Shown: positions 1-8,696, numbered from the stretch's first letter. The stretch: 20,228 nt of DNA from Candidatus Methylomirabilia bacterium (GCA_041492755.1 JBGPXN010000079.1:1-20228); one strand, 5' to 3'. Made by a program: numbers and translations. The notes: a model not told the origin generated them from the letters alone.

Positions 1-555
1 CGCTGGGCGGCGGAGATCGCGCGAGCCGTGACGCCGGAGACGATCGTCGTCGGTGACGGCGGCGACGTCGTGGGCTGCGCCGCCAAGTTCGTTCCGCTCC
101 ACCGGCCCGGGCAGTGGCTCGACCCGGGACCGTTCGGCTGCCTCGGCGTGGGGCCGCCGTTCGCGCTGACGGCCAAGCTTCTCCATCCCGACCGCCGCGT
201 GCTGCTCGTCGCGGGCGACGGCGCGTTCGGGCTCAACGGCATGGAGCTCGAGACGGCGGTGCGGTTCGGGGCGCCCCTGACGTGCATCGTCGGCAACGAC
301 GGGGGCTGGGGCCAGATCCGCAACCCACAGCTCTCGTTCTTCGGCGCGGAGCGGGCCGTGGCCACGTCGCTGCCGTCCACGCGTTACGACCTCATGACGC
401 AGGCGCTCGGTGGCCGCGGCGTGCTGATCACGGACCCGGCCGAGATCGGGCCGGCGCTGGCCCGGGCGCTCGCGTCGGACGAGGTGTGGTGCCTGAACGT
501 GCTCCTCGATCCGGCGGCGTATCGGCGGACGGGCCAGGTCTCGATGGCGATCTAG
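1..555 (+). CDS. ThDP-dependent enzyme, acetolactate synthase-like / 2-hydroxyacyl-CoA lyase-like; C-terminal part, truncated by the window start
   Basis: Frame open from base 1 (RWAAEIARAVTPET...). Contains WLDPGPFGCLGVG and the ThDP-binding motif GDGAFG...VGNDGGWG. TAG at 553-555. Confidence 0.85.
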   Translation, partial: RWAAEIARAVTPETIVVGDGGDVVGCAAKFVPLHRPGQWLDPGPFGCLGVGPPFALTAKLLHPDRRVLLVAGDGAFGLNGMELETAVRFGAPLTCIVGNDGGWGQIRNPQLSFFGAERAVATSLPSTRYDLMTQALGGRGVLITDPAEIGPALARALASDEVWCLNVLLDPAAYRRTGQVSMAI

Positions 556-796
556 CCTGGATTGTTCGTGAACGCGCACACCGTGATCGACCGGAGGGCA
601 CGGACGGAGATGGGGGGATGGGGTCCGGGTGACCCATGTCCCGCCACGCGAGACGACGACATCGCCGTATGGAATGGGAACGGCTCGCCGGTGATCGGTA
701 CGCCGTCGGCTGTGGTCAGAGGACCCCGTCCCCCCATCTCCGTCCGTGCCCCCCGGTCGGCGAACGCGTCGCGCGTTCACGAATAGTCCAGGCTAG
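552..796. mobile_element. MITE-like non-autonomous palindromic element bounded by CTAG at both ends
   Basis: CTAG at 552-555 and 793-796. Outer arms 556-577 (cctggattgttcgtgaacgcgc) and 771-792 match as inverted repeats at 20/22. Inner arms of about 47 bp (587-634 vs 714-760) are also near-complementary. No transposase. Confidence 0.7.
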
Positions 797-797
797 T

Positions 798-1823
798 CTG
801 AGAATCACCTTCCTCTGTCCGCATCTCCGGATTGCGGGGGGCGTGCGCGCGATCCTGACCTATGCCGACCGCCTCGCCGCCCGAGGTCATTCCGTCCGCA
901 TCGTCGTGCCCGTCCGCTCCGCGCTTCGGGCGTGGTGGCGCCGGTGGCAGGGCGCCGGGGCGCCATGGATGCCCGGGCTGCGCGCGCCCGTTCACTGGGT
1001 GGCGAGCTTTCGGCCGGAGCAGCTTCCCGAGGCGGACGTGCTGGTGGCCACGGCCTGGCAGTCAGCCGAAGTCGTCGCCGCGGCGTCCCCCGCGTGCGGG
1101 ATGAAGTTCTATCTCGTCCAGCACTACGAGAGCCTCTATCACGGCGCCCCCGAGCGCGTGGACGCGACGTACCGGCTGCCGCTGCGCAAGATCGTGATCT
1201 CGACGTGGCTGCGCGACGTCATGGGCGAGCGCTTCGCCGCCCCGGCCGAGGTGCTGGTCACGCCCGTCGACCGCGAGCTCTTCCACCCGGTGCCGGTCGA
1301 GGCGGCGACCTCGCGCCCGCGGGTGCTCATGCTCCACCACGACTACGCGTGGAAGGGCGTTGCGGACGGGGTGGCCGCCGTCGCCGACGTGAAGCAACGC
1401 GTGCCCGGCCTGTGGCTCGTCGCGTTCGGCGTGAAGCCGCCGCGGGCGGCGCTGCCGTACGACGAGTTCCACGCGGACCCGCCGCAGTCGGCACTGGCCG
1501 CCCTCTACAGCGGCTGCGAGATCTACCTCTGCCCGTCCTGGGACGAGGGGCTCGGCATGCCGGCGATGGAGGCGATGGCGTGCGGCGCGGCGCTGGTCAC
1601 CTACGACAACGGCGGGTGTCGGGACTACGCCCGGGACGGCGAAACGGCCCTCGTGGCCCCCCGCCGCGACGTGAGCGCGCTGGCCGCCAGGCTGGAACGG
1701 CTGGCCACGGACCCGACGGCCCGCGCCGCCATCGCGACGGCCGGCCAGCGCTTCGTCACCCGGGCCTTCGACTGGGACGCCGCGGTGACCCGGATGGAGA
1801 CGGTGTTCGCTCAGGCTTGCTGA
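798..1823 (+). CDS. Glycosyltransferase family 4 (GT-B) protein
   Basis: N-terminal (M/L)RITFLCPHLRIAGGVRAIL and EX7E motif DEGLGMPAMEAMACG. Homology begins at CTG 798; the ORF-track start at 636 lies inside the palindromic element. Confidence 0.85.
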   Translation: MRITFLCPHLRIAGGVRAILTYADRLAARGHSVRIVVPVRSALRAWWRRWQGAGAPWMPGLRAPVHWVASFRPEQLPEADVLVATAWQSAEVVAAASPACGMKFYLVQHYESLYHGAPERVDATYRLPLRKIVISTWLRDVMGERFAAPAEVLVTPVDRELFHPVPVEAATSRPRVLMLHHDYAWKGVADGVAAVADVKQRVPGLWLVAFGVKPPRAALPYDEFHADPPQSALAALYSGCEIYLCPSWDEGLGMPAMEAMACGAALVTYDNGGCRDYARDGETALVAPRRDVSALAARLERLATDPTARAAIATAGQRFVTRAFDWDAAVTRMETVFAQAC

Positions 1824-2083
1824 GTCGTGTCGGGCGGGTGGCGTTCGAGCTGCTGGGCCAGCGAGCCGAGCTGCGATTCGACCTCGCGCAGCCGCTCGGC
1901 CAGCCGGTCGCGCTCGTCGCGCAATGACCGTGCCAGCGAGACCACGGCATCGATCAGCCGGCGCTCGCGCTCGGCCAGGTCCTCCGAGGTGCCGTCTATC
2001 GATACCGCCTCGACCATGACCGCCTCGACGTCGCTCGCGGGGCGCTTCGGACCAGGGAACATTTTTCTGGGCGTCGCCGCCAT
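1811..2083 (-). CDS. Small hypothetical protein (90 aa) with predicted C-terminal coiled coil
   Basis: ATG at 2083 preceded by SD GAGGTG (2090-2095) and a sigma54 promoter. Heptad-like segment LARSLRDERDRLAERLREVESQLGSLAQQL. Confidence 0.65.
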   Translation of the reverse strand: MAATPRKMFPGPKRPASDVEAVMVEAVSIDGTSEDLAERERRLIDAVVSLARSLRDERDRLAERLREVESQLGSLAQQLERHPPDTTQQA

Positions 2084-2108
2084 GCCGATCACCTCGGCAA
2101 TGCGCCTG

Positions 2109-2124
2109 AGCAAGAAAAGTGCCC
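2109..2124 (-). promoter_or_regulatory. Sigma54 (-24/-12) promoter
   Basis: Minus strand GGGCACttttcTTGCT has GG-N10-GC spacing. Predicted +1 near 2098, just upstream of the SD of the 2083 gene. Confidence 0.65.
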
Positions 2125-2236
2125 CGAGCGCCGCTCTTTGCTCACGCGTGCTTGCGCGCGGCGCGCCGCGCGCGCTGTGCGCGGGATTGACGTTCGCGAC
2201 GGCAGGTGTCGGCTGACCGGACACCCGGAGACGGCG

Positions 2237-2245
2237 TGCTAGAAT
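2237..2245 (+). promoter_or_regulatory. Extended -10 promoter, probably yielding a leaderless mRNA
   Basis: TGcTAGAAT followed 8 nt later by ATG 2254, with no SD in between. Confidence 0.55.
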
Positions 2246-2253
2246 TTCCCGGC

Positions 2254-2628
2254 ATGCCGATCTACGAGTACGACTGTGGGGACTGTCGCCGGCGAGTCAG
2301 TCTTCTGATCCTCAAGCCGTCGGCCGCCGAGCCGCCCCGGTGTCCCCGCTGCGGTGGCACCACGCTCACCCGCCTGATGTCCCGATTCGCCACGATCAAG
2401 TCGGAGGAGGCCCGCCTCGAGTCGCTGGGAGACCCCGGAAACTTCAGCGACGTCGACGAGAACGATCCCGCCAGCGTCGCCCGGTTCATGAAGAAGATGG
2501 GACAGGAGTTTGGCGAGGACCTCGGCGACGACTTCGACGAGGTCGTCGACGAGGCCATGTCCGAGCCCGACGAAGGCGAGGCGGCCGGGACCGACGTCGG
2601 GGGCAGCCCGGCGCCCGAGGACGTGTAA
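2254..2628 (+). CDS. FmdB-family zinc-ribbon protein with acidic C-terminal extension
   Basis: MPIYEYDCGDC...CPRCG...LMSRF is the typical FmdB/CxxC_CxxC_SSSS N-terminus, followed by a D/E-rich tail. Confidence 0.85.
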   Translation: MPIYEYDCGDCRRRVSLLILKPSAAEPPRCPRCGGTTLTRLMSRFATIKSEEARLESLGDPGNFSDVDENDPASVARFMKKMGQEFGEDLGDDFDEVVDEAMSEPDEGEAAGTDVGGSPAPEDV

Positions 2629-2636
2629 GCCGATCT

Positions 2637-3629
2637 ATGAAAGTCGACCTGCACGATCGTCCGGAGACCGTCGGCCCGGCGGCCTGGAACGCGCTCCACG
2701 CCCGGACCCGCCTGCGCGCTCCGTTCCTCGGCTGGACCTGGCACGACGAGTGGGTCCGCGCCTTCGCGGCCGGCAGCCGCCTGGAGCTGTGGCAGGTGAC
2801 TGAGGACGATGGCACGCTCGTCGCGCTCCTGCCGCTGGTGGCCGTCGATGCCGCAACGTCACGCTTCGTCGGCGGCGCCGACGTGTCGGACTATCTCGAT
2901 CTCATCTGCGTGGCCGGGCGCGAGGAGGAGGCGTGGACCGCGCTGCTCGCGGCCCGCGGCGCCTCGGCGCCGGTGTGGGAGCTGCACGCCGTACCGGGCG
3001 GCTCGCCTACCGTCCGCGCGCTTCCCGGTCTCGCGGCCGCCGCCGGGCTGACGGTGGACGTCGCGGTGGAGGAGCGCTGCCCGATCCTCGATCCTTTGCC
3101 GTCCTCGTGGGAGACCTACCTCGCCGGTCTTACCGGCAAGCAACGGCACGAGCTCACCCGCAAGATCCGGCGCCTCGAGCGGGAAGCGCCCGATGCGCGG
3201 GTCACCGCCGCCGTGGCCCCCGCCGCCGTCGCCCGCCGGCTCGACGACTTCCTCGTCCTCCATCGGCTGTCACGGGTGGGGAAGGCCCGGTTCATGGACG
3301 ACCGCATGGAGGGCTTCTTCCGCGGCGTCATCACGGCGCTCGCCGGCGAGCAGGGCGCGCGGATCTGGCTGCTCGACGCCGACCGCGGCCCCATCGCCGC
3401 GTTCGTGACGCTCGAATGGAACGGAACGGTCGGGCTCTACAACTCCGGATTTCGTCCGGAGTGCGCCGCGCTGTCGCCCGGCCTGGTCCTGCTCGCGCAC
3501 GTCGTCCGCGACGCGATCGAGCGCGGCAAGCAGCGTTTCGACTTCCTCCGCGGCGAAGAACGCTACAAGTACGACTTCGGCCCCACGTCCGAAGAGGTGT
3601 GCGCGGTCACCATCCGGTCGGCGTCGTGA
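2637..3629 (+). CDS. GNAT-family (CelD/BcsL, Acetyltransf_6-like) acyltransferase
   Basis: PFLGWTW..W, DVSDYLD, SWETYLAGLTGKQRHELTRKIRRL, YNSGF...SPGLVL, FDFLRGEERYK. Confidence 0.85.
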   Translation: MKVDLHDRPETVGPAAWNALHARTRLRAPFLGWTWHDEWVRAFAAGSRLELWQVTEDDGTLVALLPLVAVDAATSRFVGGADVSDYLDLICVAGREEEAWTALLAARGASAPVWELHAVPGGSPTVRALPGLAAAAGLTVDVAVEERCPILDPLPSSWETYLAGLTGKQRHELTRKIRRLEREAPDARVTAAVAPAAVARRLDDFLVLHRLSRVGKARFMDDRMEGFFRGVITALAGEQGARIWLLDADRGPIAAFVTLEWNGTVGLYNSGFRPECAALSPGLVLLAHVVRDAIERGKQRFDFLRGEERYKYDFGPTSEEVCAVTIRSAS

Positions 3630-4897
3630 GCTTGGGCGTGGCCAACTTGCGCGTCGCGATGCTCAGCGTGCACACCTGCCCGCTCGCCGCGCTCGGCGGC
3701 AAGGAGACGGGCGGGATGAACGTGTACGTCCGCGAGCTGTCGCGCGAGCTGGGGCGCATGGGCATGACGATCGACGTGTTCACCCGCTCGCAAAACGCCG
3801 AGATCCCCCGGGTCGTCGCGCTCGGCGAGGCCGCGCAGGTCGTGCACGTGGCGGCCGGGCCGGAAGCGCCGATGGCGCGCGAGCACGTCTGGAACCATCT
3901 CGACGAGTTCGTCGACCGCGTGGACGCGTGGCGGCTCGCCCAGGGCATCGACTACGACCTCGTCCACTCCCACTACTGGCTCTCCGGCGTCGCCGCGCTC
4001 GCCTTGCGCGAGCGCTGGGACGTGCCGGTGCTCCACATGTCCCACACCCTCGGCCGTCTGAAGAACGCGGCCGCCCGCGGCCCCGACGAGCGCGAGCCGG
4101 CGATTCGCATCGCCGAGGAGACACGGCTGCTCGGCGCCGTGGACCGGCTGGTGGCGGCGAACGTGGTGGAGCGCCTGCACCTGGTGCGGTACTACGAAGC
4201 CGATCCCGCGCGCATCGCCGTCGTCCCGTGCGGCGTGGACACCGCGCTGTTCACTCCCGGCGAGCCGGACGCCGCGCGCCGGCGACTCGGGCTCGACGCC
4301 GGCCCGCTCCTCCTCTACGTCGGGCGCCTGGCGCCCATCAAGGGCCTCATCACGCTGCTCGACGCGATTGCCCGCCTGCGGGAACGGGGCTGCGCCGTCC
4401 GCCTCCTCGTCGTGGGGGGCGAAGCGGACGAGCCGCGTGACGGCCACGAGGCGCATCTCCGACAGCGGGTCGAGCGACTTCGGCTCGGCGACCGGGTGAC
4501 GTTCGTCGGCCATCAGCCGCAGGGGGCGCTCCGCGACTTCTACCTCGCGGCCGACGCGACGGTGCTGCCGTCATACTACGAGTCGTTCGGCATGGTGGCG
4601 CTCGAGGCGATGGCGTGCGGGAGCCCGGTCATCGCCTCCCGGGTCGGGGGCCTCACCACGACCGTGCGCGACGGCGTCACCGGCTTCCTCGTCCCCGACG
4701 GCGACGCCGAAGCGCTGGCCGACCACGTCGAGCGGCTGCTGGGCGACGGCGATCTGCGCTGGCGTCTGGGCCGCGAGGGCGTGCGGTGGGCCGCTCAGCA
4801 CCGCTGGCCCTGCGTGGCCGAGGCGATCTGCCGCGAGTACGCGGGGCTCGAGCCCCGCGCCGGCGCGCACCTCGCCGCCGCCCGCTGCCACTCCTGA
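3626..4897 (+). CDS. MshA-like GT4 glycosyltransferase (D-inositol-3-phosphate glycosyltransferase-like)
   Basis: RVAMLSVHTCPLAALGGKETGGMNVYV, HSHYWLSG, VGRLAPIKG, ESFGMVALEAMACG. GTGA overlap with the GNAT stop; GTG 3638 is an alternative start. Confidence 0.85.
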   Translation: MSLGVANLRVAMLSVHTCPLAALGGKETGGMNVYVRELSRELGRMGMTIDVFTRSQNAEIPRVVALGEAAQVVHVAAGPEAPMAREHVWNHLDEFVDRVDAWRLAQGIDYDLVHSHYWLSGVAALALRERWDVPVLHMSHTLGRLKNAAARGPDEREPAIRIAEETRLLGAVDRLVAANVVERLHLVRYYEADPARIAVVPCGVDTALFTPGEPDAARRRLGLDAGPLLLYVGRLAPIKGLITLLDAIARLRERGCAVRLLVVGGEADEPRDGHEAHLRQRVERLRLGDRVTFVGHQPQGALRDFYLAADATVLPSYYESFGMVALEAMACGSPVIASRVGGLTTTVRDGVTGFLVPDGDAEALADHVERLLGDGDLRWRLGREGVRWAAQHRWPCVAEAICREYAGLEPRAGAHLAAARCHS

Positions 4898-4928
4898 TCC
4901 GCGCGCGCCCGGCTCCTCGCCGTTCTCT

Positions 4929-5027
4929 CGGCTCGCGCGCGTGACGGCCGAGGACCTCGTGTACGACCTGGGCAGCGGCGGCGTGGCCGACCGCGCGCGC
5001 TTCCTCTGGCCGGACCTGTTCTGCTAG
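4929..5027 (+). pseudogene. Remnant of a class I SAM-dependent methyltransferase with an internal deletion
   Basis: Reads RLARVTAEDLVYDLGSG directly joined to GVADRARFLWPDLFC*. These are motif I and a segment that normally lies several tens of residues downstream. Confidence 0.65.
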
Positions 5028-5030
5028 ACT
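5022..5030 (+). promoter_or_regulatory. Extended -10 promoter for the ABC operon, probably leaderless
   Basis: TGcTAGACT followed 8 nt later by GTG 5039, with no SD. Same geometry as 2237-2254. Confidence 0.5.
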
Positions 5031-5038
5031 CCCGCGAC

Positions 5039-6034
5039 GTGGGCACCCTCCTGGAGGTGCAATCGCTCAGCACCGAGTTCGCGACCGGCGCCGGCGTCGT
5101 GCGCGCGGTCGACGGCGTCTCGTGGGACGTCAAGGAAGGTGAGACCGTCGCGCTCGTCGGCGAGTCCGGATGCGGCAAGAGCGTGAGCGCGCTCAGCATC
5201 ATGCGGCTGGTGGCCGCGCCCGAGGGGCGCATCGTGAGCGGGCGGGTGCTCTTCAAGGGCCGCAATCTGCTGGAGCTCCCGGAGGAGCAGATGCGGCGGA
5301 TCCGCGGCCGGGAGATCGCCATGATCTTCCAGGAGCCGATGACGTCGCTCAATCCGGTGCTCACCATCGGCCGGCAGCTCACCGAGGGGCTCGAGATCCA
5401 CCTCGGTCTGAAGCCGGACGCGGCGCGCCGCCGGGCGGTCGAGCTGCTCGGCATGGTCGGAATCCCGGATCCGGCGCGCCGGCTTTCGCAGTATCCCCAT
5501 CAGTTCAGCGGCGGCATGCGCCAGCGCATGATGATCGCGATGGCCCTGGCGTGCGAGCCCTCGCTCATCCTGGCCGACGAGCCGACGACGGCGCTCGACG
5601 TGACCATTCAGGCCCAGATCCTCGAGTTGCTGAAGGATCTCTCGCGCCGCCTCGGGGTGGCGATGCTGATCATCACGCACAACCTGGGCGTGGTCGCGCG
5701 CTACGCCGACCGCGTCAACGTCATGTACGCCGGGCGCATCATCGAGCGCGGCACCGCCCGCGAGCTGTACGCGAACCCGCGGCATCCCTACACGCTCGGC
5801 CTGCTCCGCTCGGTGCCGCGGCTCGACGAGCCGCGCCGCGAGCGGCTGGCGCCGATCGAAGGCCAGCCGCCCGACCTCACCCGGCTACCAAGCGGTTGTT
5901 CTTTCACGCCGCGCTGCGCGTTCAGCGTGGAGCGGTGCACCCTGGAGGCGCCCGCCCTCCGCGCGATCGGCGCGGGCGAACACGTGACGGCATGCTGGGA
6001 GGCGGAGCGTCTCGTGAAGGAGCCGGTGGGGTGA
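5039..6034 (+). CDS. oppD: Oligopeptide/dipeptide ABC transporter ATP-binding protein (OppD/DppD-like)
   Basis: Walker [44 protein letters not shown] and Cys-rich C-terminus. Confidence 0.93.
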   Translation: MGTLLEVQSLSTEFATGAGVVRAVDGVSWDVKEGETVALVGESGCGKSVSALSIMRLVAAPEGRIVSGRVLFKGRNLLELPEEQMRRIRGREIAMIFQEPMTSLNPVLTIGRQLTEGLEIHLGLKPDAARRRAVELLGMVGIPDPARRLSQYPHQFSGGMRQRMMIAMALACEPSLILADEPTTALDVTIQAQILELLKDLSRRLGVAMLIITHNLGVVARYADRVNVMYAGRIIERGTARELYANPRHPYTLGLLRSVPRLDEPRRERLAPIEGQPPDLTRLPSGCSFTPRCAFSVERCTLEAPALRAIGAGEHVTACWEAERLVKEPVG

Positions 6035-7008
6035 GCGACGCGCCGCTGCTCGAGGTGCGCAACCTCGTCAAGCACTTCCCGGCCGGCGGCGGTCTCTTCG
6101 GCGGCACGGGCGGGGTCGTGCGCGCGGTGGACGGCGTGAGCTTCACGATCGCCCGCGGGGAGACGCTTGGCCTCGTGGGCGAGTCCGGATGCGGCAAGAC
6201 GACGACCGGCCGCTGTATTTTACAACTCGAGCGTCCGACGAGCGGCCAGGTGCTGTTCGAGGGGCGCGACCTCACGACGCTCGATGCCACCGAGCTGCGG
6301 ACGGTGCGGCGGCGCATGCAGGTGATCTTTCAGGATCCCTACAGCTCGCTGAACCCGCGCATGACGGTCGGACAGATCATCGCGGAGCCGCTCGCCGTGC
6401 ACGGGATCGTCCCCGACCGTGCCCGCCGTGCCGACCGCGTGCGCGAACTGCTCCGGCACGTGGGGCTCCTGCCGCAGCACGCGCACCGCTATCCGCATCA
6501 GCTCTCCGGCGGGCAGCGGCAGCGGGTCGGCATCGCGCGCGCGCTGGCGGTCGAGCCGGCGCTGATCGTGTGCGACGAGCCGGTCTCCGCGCTCGACGTC
6601 TCGATCCAGGCGCAGATCATCAACTTGCTCGAGGATCTGCAATCGACCTTCGGCCTCACGTACCTCTTCGTCGCCCACGACCTGTCGGTGGTGCGCCACA
6701 TCTCCGACCGCGTCGCGGTCATGTATCTCGGCAAGATCGTGGAGATCACGGATCGCAAAGCGTTGTACGACGACCCGCGCCATCCCTACACGCGGGCGTT
6801 GCTCTCGGCGGTCCCGATCCCGGACCCGGTGCTGGAGGCCCGCCGCGAGCGCATCGTGCTCGGGGGTGAAGTCCCGAGCCCGCTGAACCCGCCGCCGGGG
6901 TGCGTGTTCCATCCGCGATGCCCGATCGCGGTCGATCGTTGCTCCCAGGACATCCCCGATCTCCGGGAGATCCGGCCCGGCCACTGGGGGGCCTGCCACC
7001 TCGCTTGA
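6031..7008 (+). CDS. oppF: Oligopeptide/dipeptide ABC transporter ATP-binding protein (OppF/DppF-like)
   Basis: GTGA overlap. [42 protein letters not shown]...[17 protein letters not shown]. Confidence 0.93.
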   Translation: MSDAPLLEVRNLVKHFPAGGGLFGGTGGVVRAVDGVSFTIARGETLGLVGESGCGKTTTGRCILQLERPTSGQVLFEGRDLTTLDATELRTVRRRMQVIFQDPYSSLNPRMTVGQIIAEPLAVHGIVPDRARRADRVRELLRHVGLLPQHAHRYPHQLSGGQRQRVGIARALAVEPALIVCDEPVSALDVSIQAQIINLLEDLQSTFGLTYLFVAHDLSVVRHISDRVAVMYLGKIVEITDRKALYDDPRHPYTRALLSAVPIPDPVLEARRERIVLGGEVPSPLNPPPGCVFHPRCPIAVDRCSQDIPDLREIRPGHWGACHLA

Positions 7009-7034
7009 CACCGCGGTCGGACCATGGGTACCGT
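7005..7034 (+). promoter_or_regulatory. Putative internal sigma70 promoter for the binding-protein genes
   Basis: TTGACA (7005-7010), 18-nt spacer, TACCGT (7029-7034). SD AGGAGG at 7099-7104. Confidence 0.45.
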
Positions 7035-7109
7035 TCAGCAACCTTTCGGGACTGTTGCGGGTTTTGTCGGCAGTGGTGTGGGTTCGGTCGCTAAATCCAG
7101 GAGGAACTA

Positions 7110-8696
7110 ATGCGACGTGGCACGCTCCTCGTTCTCGGCCTACTCCTCATCGCCTTCGTCATTCCGCTCAGCGCTCAGGACAAGCCCCGCCACGGGGGCG
7201 AGCTCCTGTTCGTGGTGCCGTCGGAGCCGCCTTCCTATGACGCGCACCAGGAAGAGACGTTCGGCGTGATGCATCCCATGGGGCCGCACTACAACACGCT
7301 GCTGCGGGTCGATCCCTTCGACAAGAGCGGCACCAAGCCGGTCGGCGACCTGGCCGAGTCGTGGACGGTGTCCAAGGACGCCCTGACCTACACGTTCAAG
7401 CTGCGCCGCGGCGTGAAGTTCCACGACGGCAGCGAGATGACGTCGAAGGACGTCAAGGCGTCGTACGACCGGATCATCTTTCCGCCGGCCGGCATCAAGT
7501 CGCTCCGCAAGCTCGCCTACGAGGCGGTACGGGCGGTGGAGGCGCCGGACCCGACCACCGTCGTGTTCCGGCTGAAGTACCCCGAGAGCTCGATCCTGCT
7601 CAACCTGGCCTCGCCGTGGAACTGGATCTACAAGGCCGATCTGCTCGCCAAGGATCAGCACTGGTACGAAAAGAACGTGATGGGCACGGGACCGTTCACG
7701 TTCGTCGAGCACGCGCGAGGCTCGCACTGGGTCGGGAAGAAGAACCCGAACTACTGGGACAAGGGCAAGCCCTACCTCGACGGGTATCGTGCGCTGTTCG
7801 TCAAGGATTCGGCGGCGCAGGTGGCCGCGGTCCGCGGCGAGCGCGCCCACATCCAGTTCCGCGGGTTCACGCCGGCCGAGCGTGACAGCATCGTGCACGC
7901 CCTGGGCAACAAGGCGGCGGTGCAGGAAAGCCCCTGGGATTGCGTGCTCATGGTGGCCATGCATCACGAGAAGAAGCCGTTCGACGACAAGCGCGTGCGG
8001 CGCGCGCTCACGCTCGCGCTCGACCGCTACCAGGGCTCGCAGGCGCTGTCCAGGATCGCCATCGTGAAGGAAGTGGCCGGCGTTCAGGTGCCGGGCACGC
8101 CGTTCGCGACGCCGCCGGCGGAGCTCGAGAAGCTGGCGGGTTACGGGCGGGACATCAAGAAGTCCCGTGAAGAGGCCCGCCGGCTCCTGAAGGAGGCCGG
8201 CGTGCCCGACGGATTCTCCTTCACCTTCAAGAACCGCGGCATTCCCATGCCCTACGAGCCGGTCGGGGTGTGGCTGATCGACCAGTGGCGGCAGATCGGG
8301 TTGAACGTCAAGCAGGAGGTCATCGAGGCCGCGACGTACTACAGCGTGCTCAAGCGGGGTGACTTTGACGTCGCCATGGACTTCCAGTGCGGCTTCATCG
8401 TGGAGCCGGACCTGGACTTGCCGCGGTTCGTGTCCACCTCCGACGCCAACTACGGCAAGCACAACGACAAGGTGATCGACGATCTCTTCTCGCGGCAGGG
8501 GCGTACGACGGACCTCGAAGAGCGCAAGAAGCTGATCCGCGCCTTCGAGAAGCGGCTGCTCGACGAGGAAGTCCACGTCCTCTACACGCTGCAGTGGCAC
8601 CGGATCATCCCGCACAGCGCCAAGGTCAAGGGCTGGACGATCACGCCGAGCCACTACCTGAACAACCAGCTCGATACCGTCTGGCTTACCGAGTAG
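7110..8696 (+). CDS. ABC transporter substrate-binding protein, family 5 (paralog 1)
   Basis: Signal peptide ending LSA-Q; DLAESWTVSKDALTYTFKLRRGVKFHDG; GTGPF; KPFDDKRVRRAL. Confidence 0.92.
   Translation: MRRGTLLVLGLLLIAFVIPLSAQDKPRHGGELLFVVPSEPPSYDAHQEETFGVMHPMGPHYNTLLRVDPFDKSGTKPVGDLAESWTVSKDALTYTFKLRRGVKFHDGSEMTSKDVKASYDRIIFPPAGIKSLRKLAYEAVRAVEAPDPTTVVFRLKYPESSILLNLASPWNWIYKADLLAKDQHWYEKNVMGTGPFTFVEHARGSHWVGKKNPNYWDKGKPYLDGYRALFVKDSAAQVAAVRGERAHIQFRGFTPAERDSIVHALGNKAAVQESPWDCVLMVAMHHEKKPFDDKRVRRALTLALDRYQGSQALSRIAIVKEVAGVQVPGTPFATPPAELEKLAGYGRDIKKSREEARRLLKEAGVPDGFSFTFKNRGIPMPYEPVGVWLIDQWRQIGLNVKQEVIEAATYYSVLKRGDFDVAMDFQCGFIVEPDLDLPRFVSTSDANYGKHNDKVIDDLFSRQGRTTDLEERKKLIRAFEKRLLDEEVHVLYTLQWHRIIPHSAKVKGWTITPSHYLNNQLDTVWLTE

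Noticed and set aside
3626..4897. Assigning the symbol mshA and mycothiol synthesis
   Set aside because: The N-terminal signature diverges from actinobacterial MshA and no other msh gene is present here.
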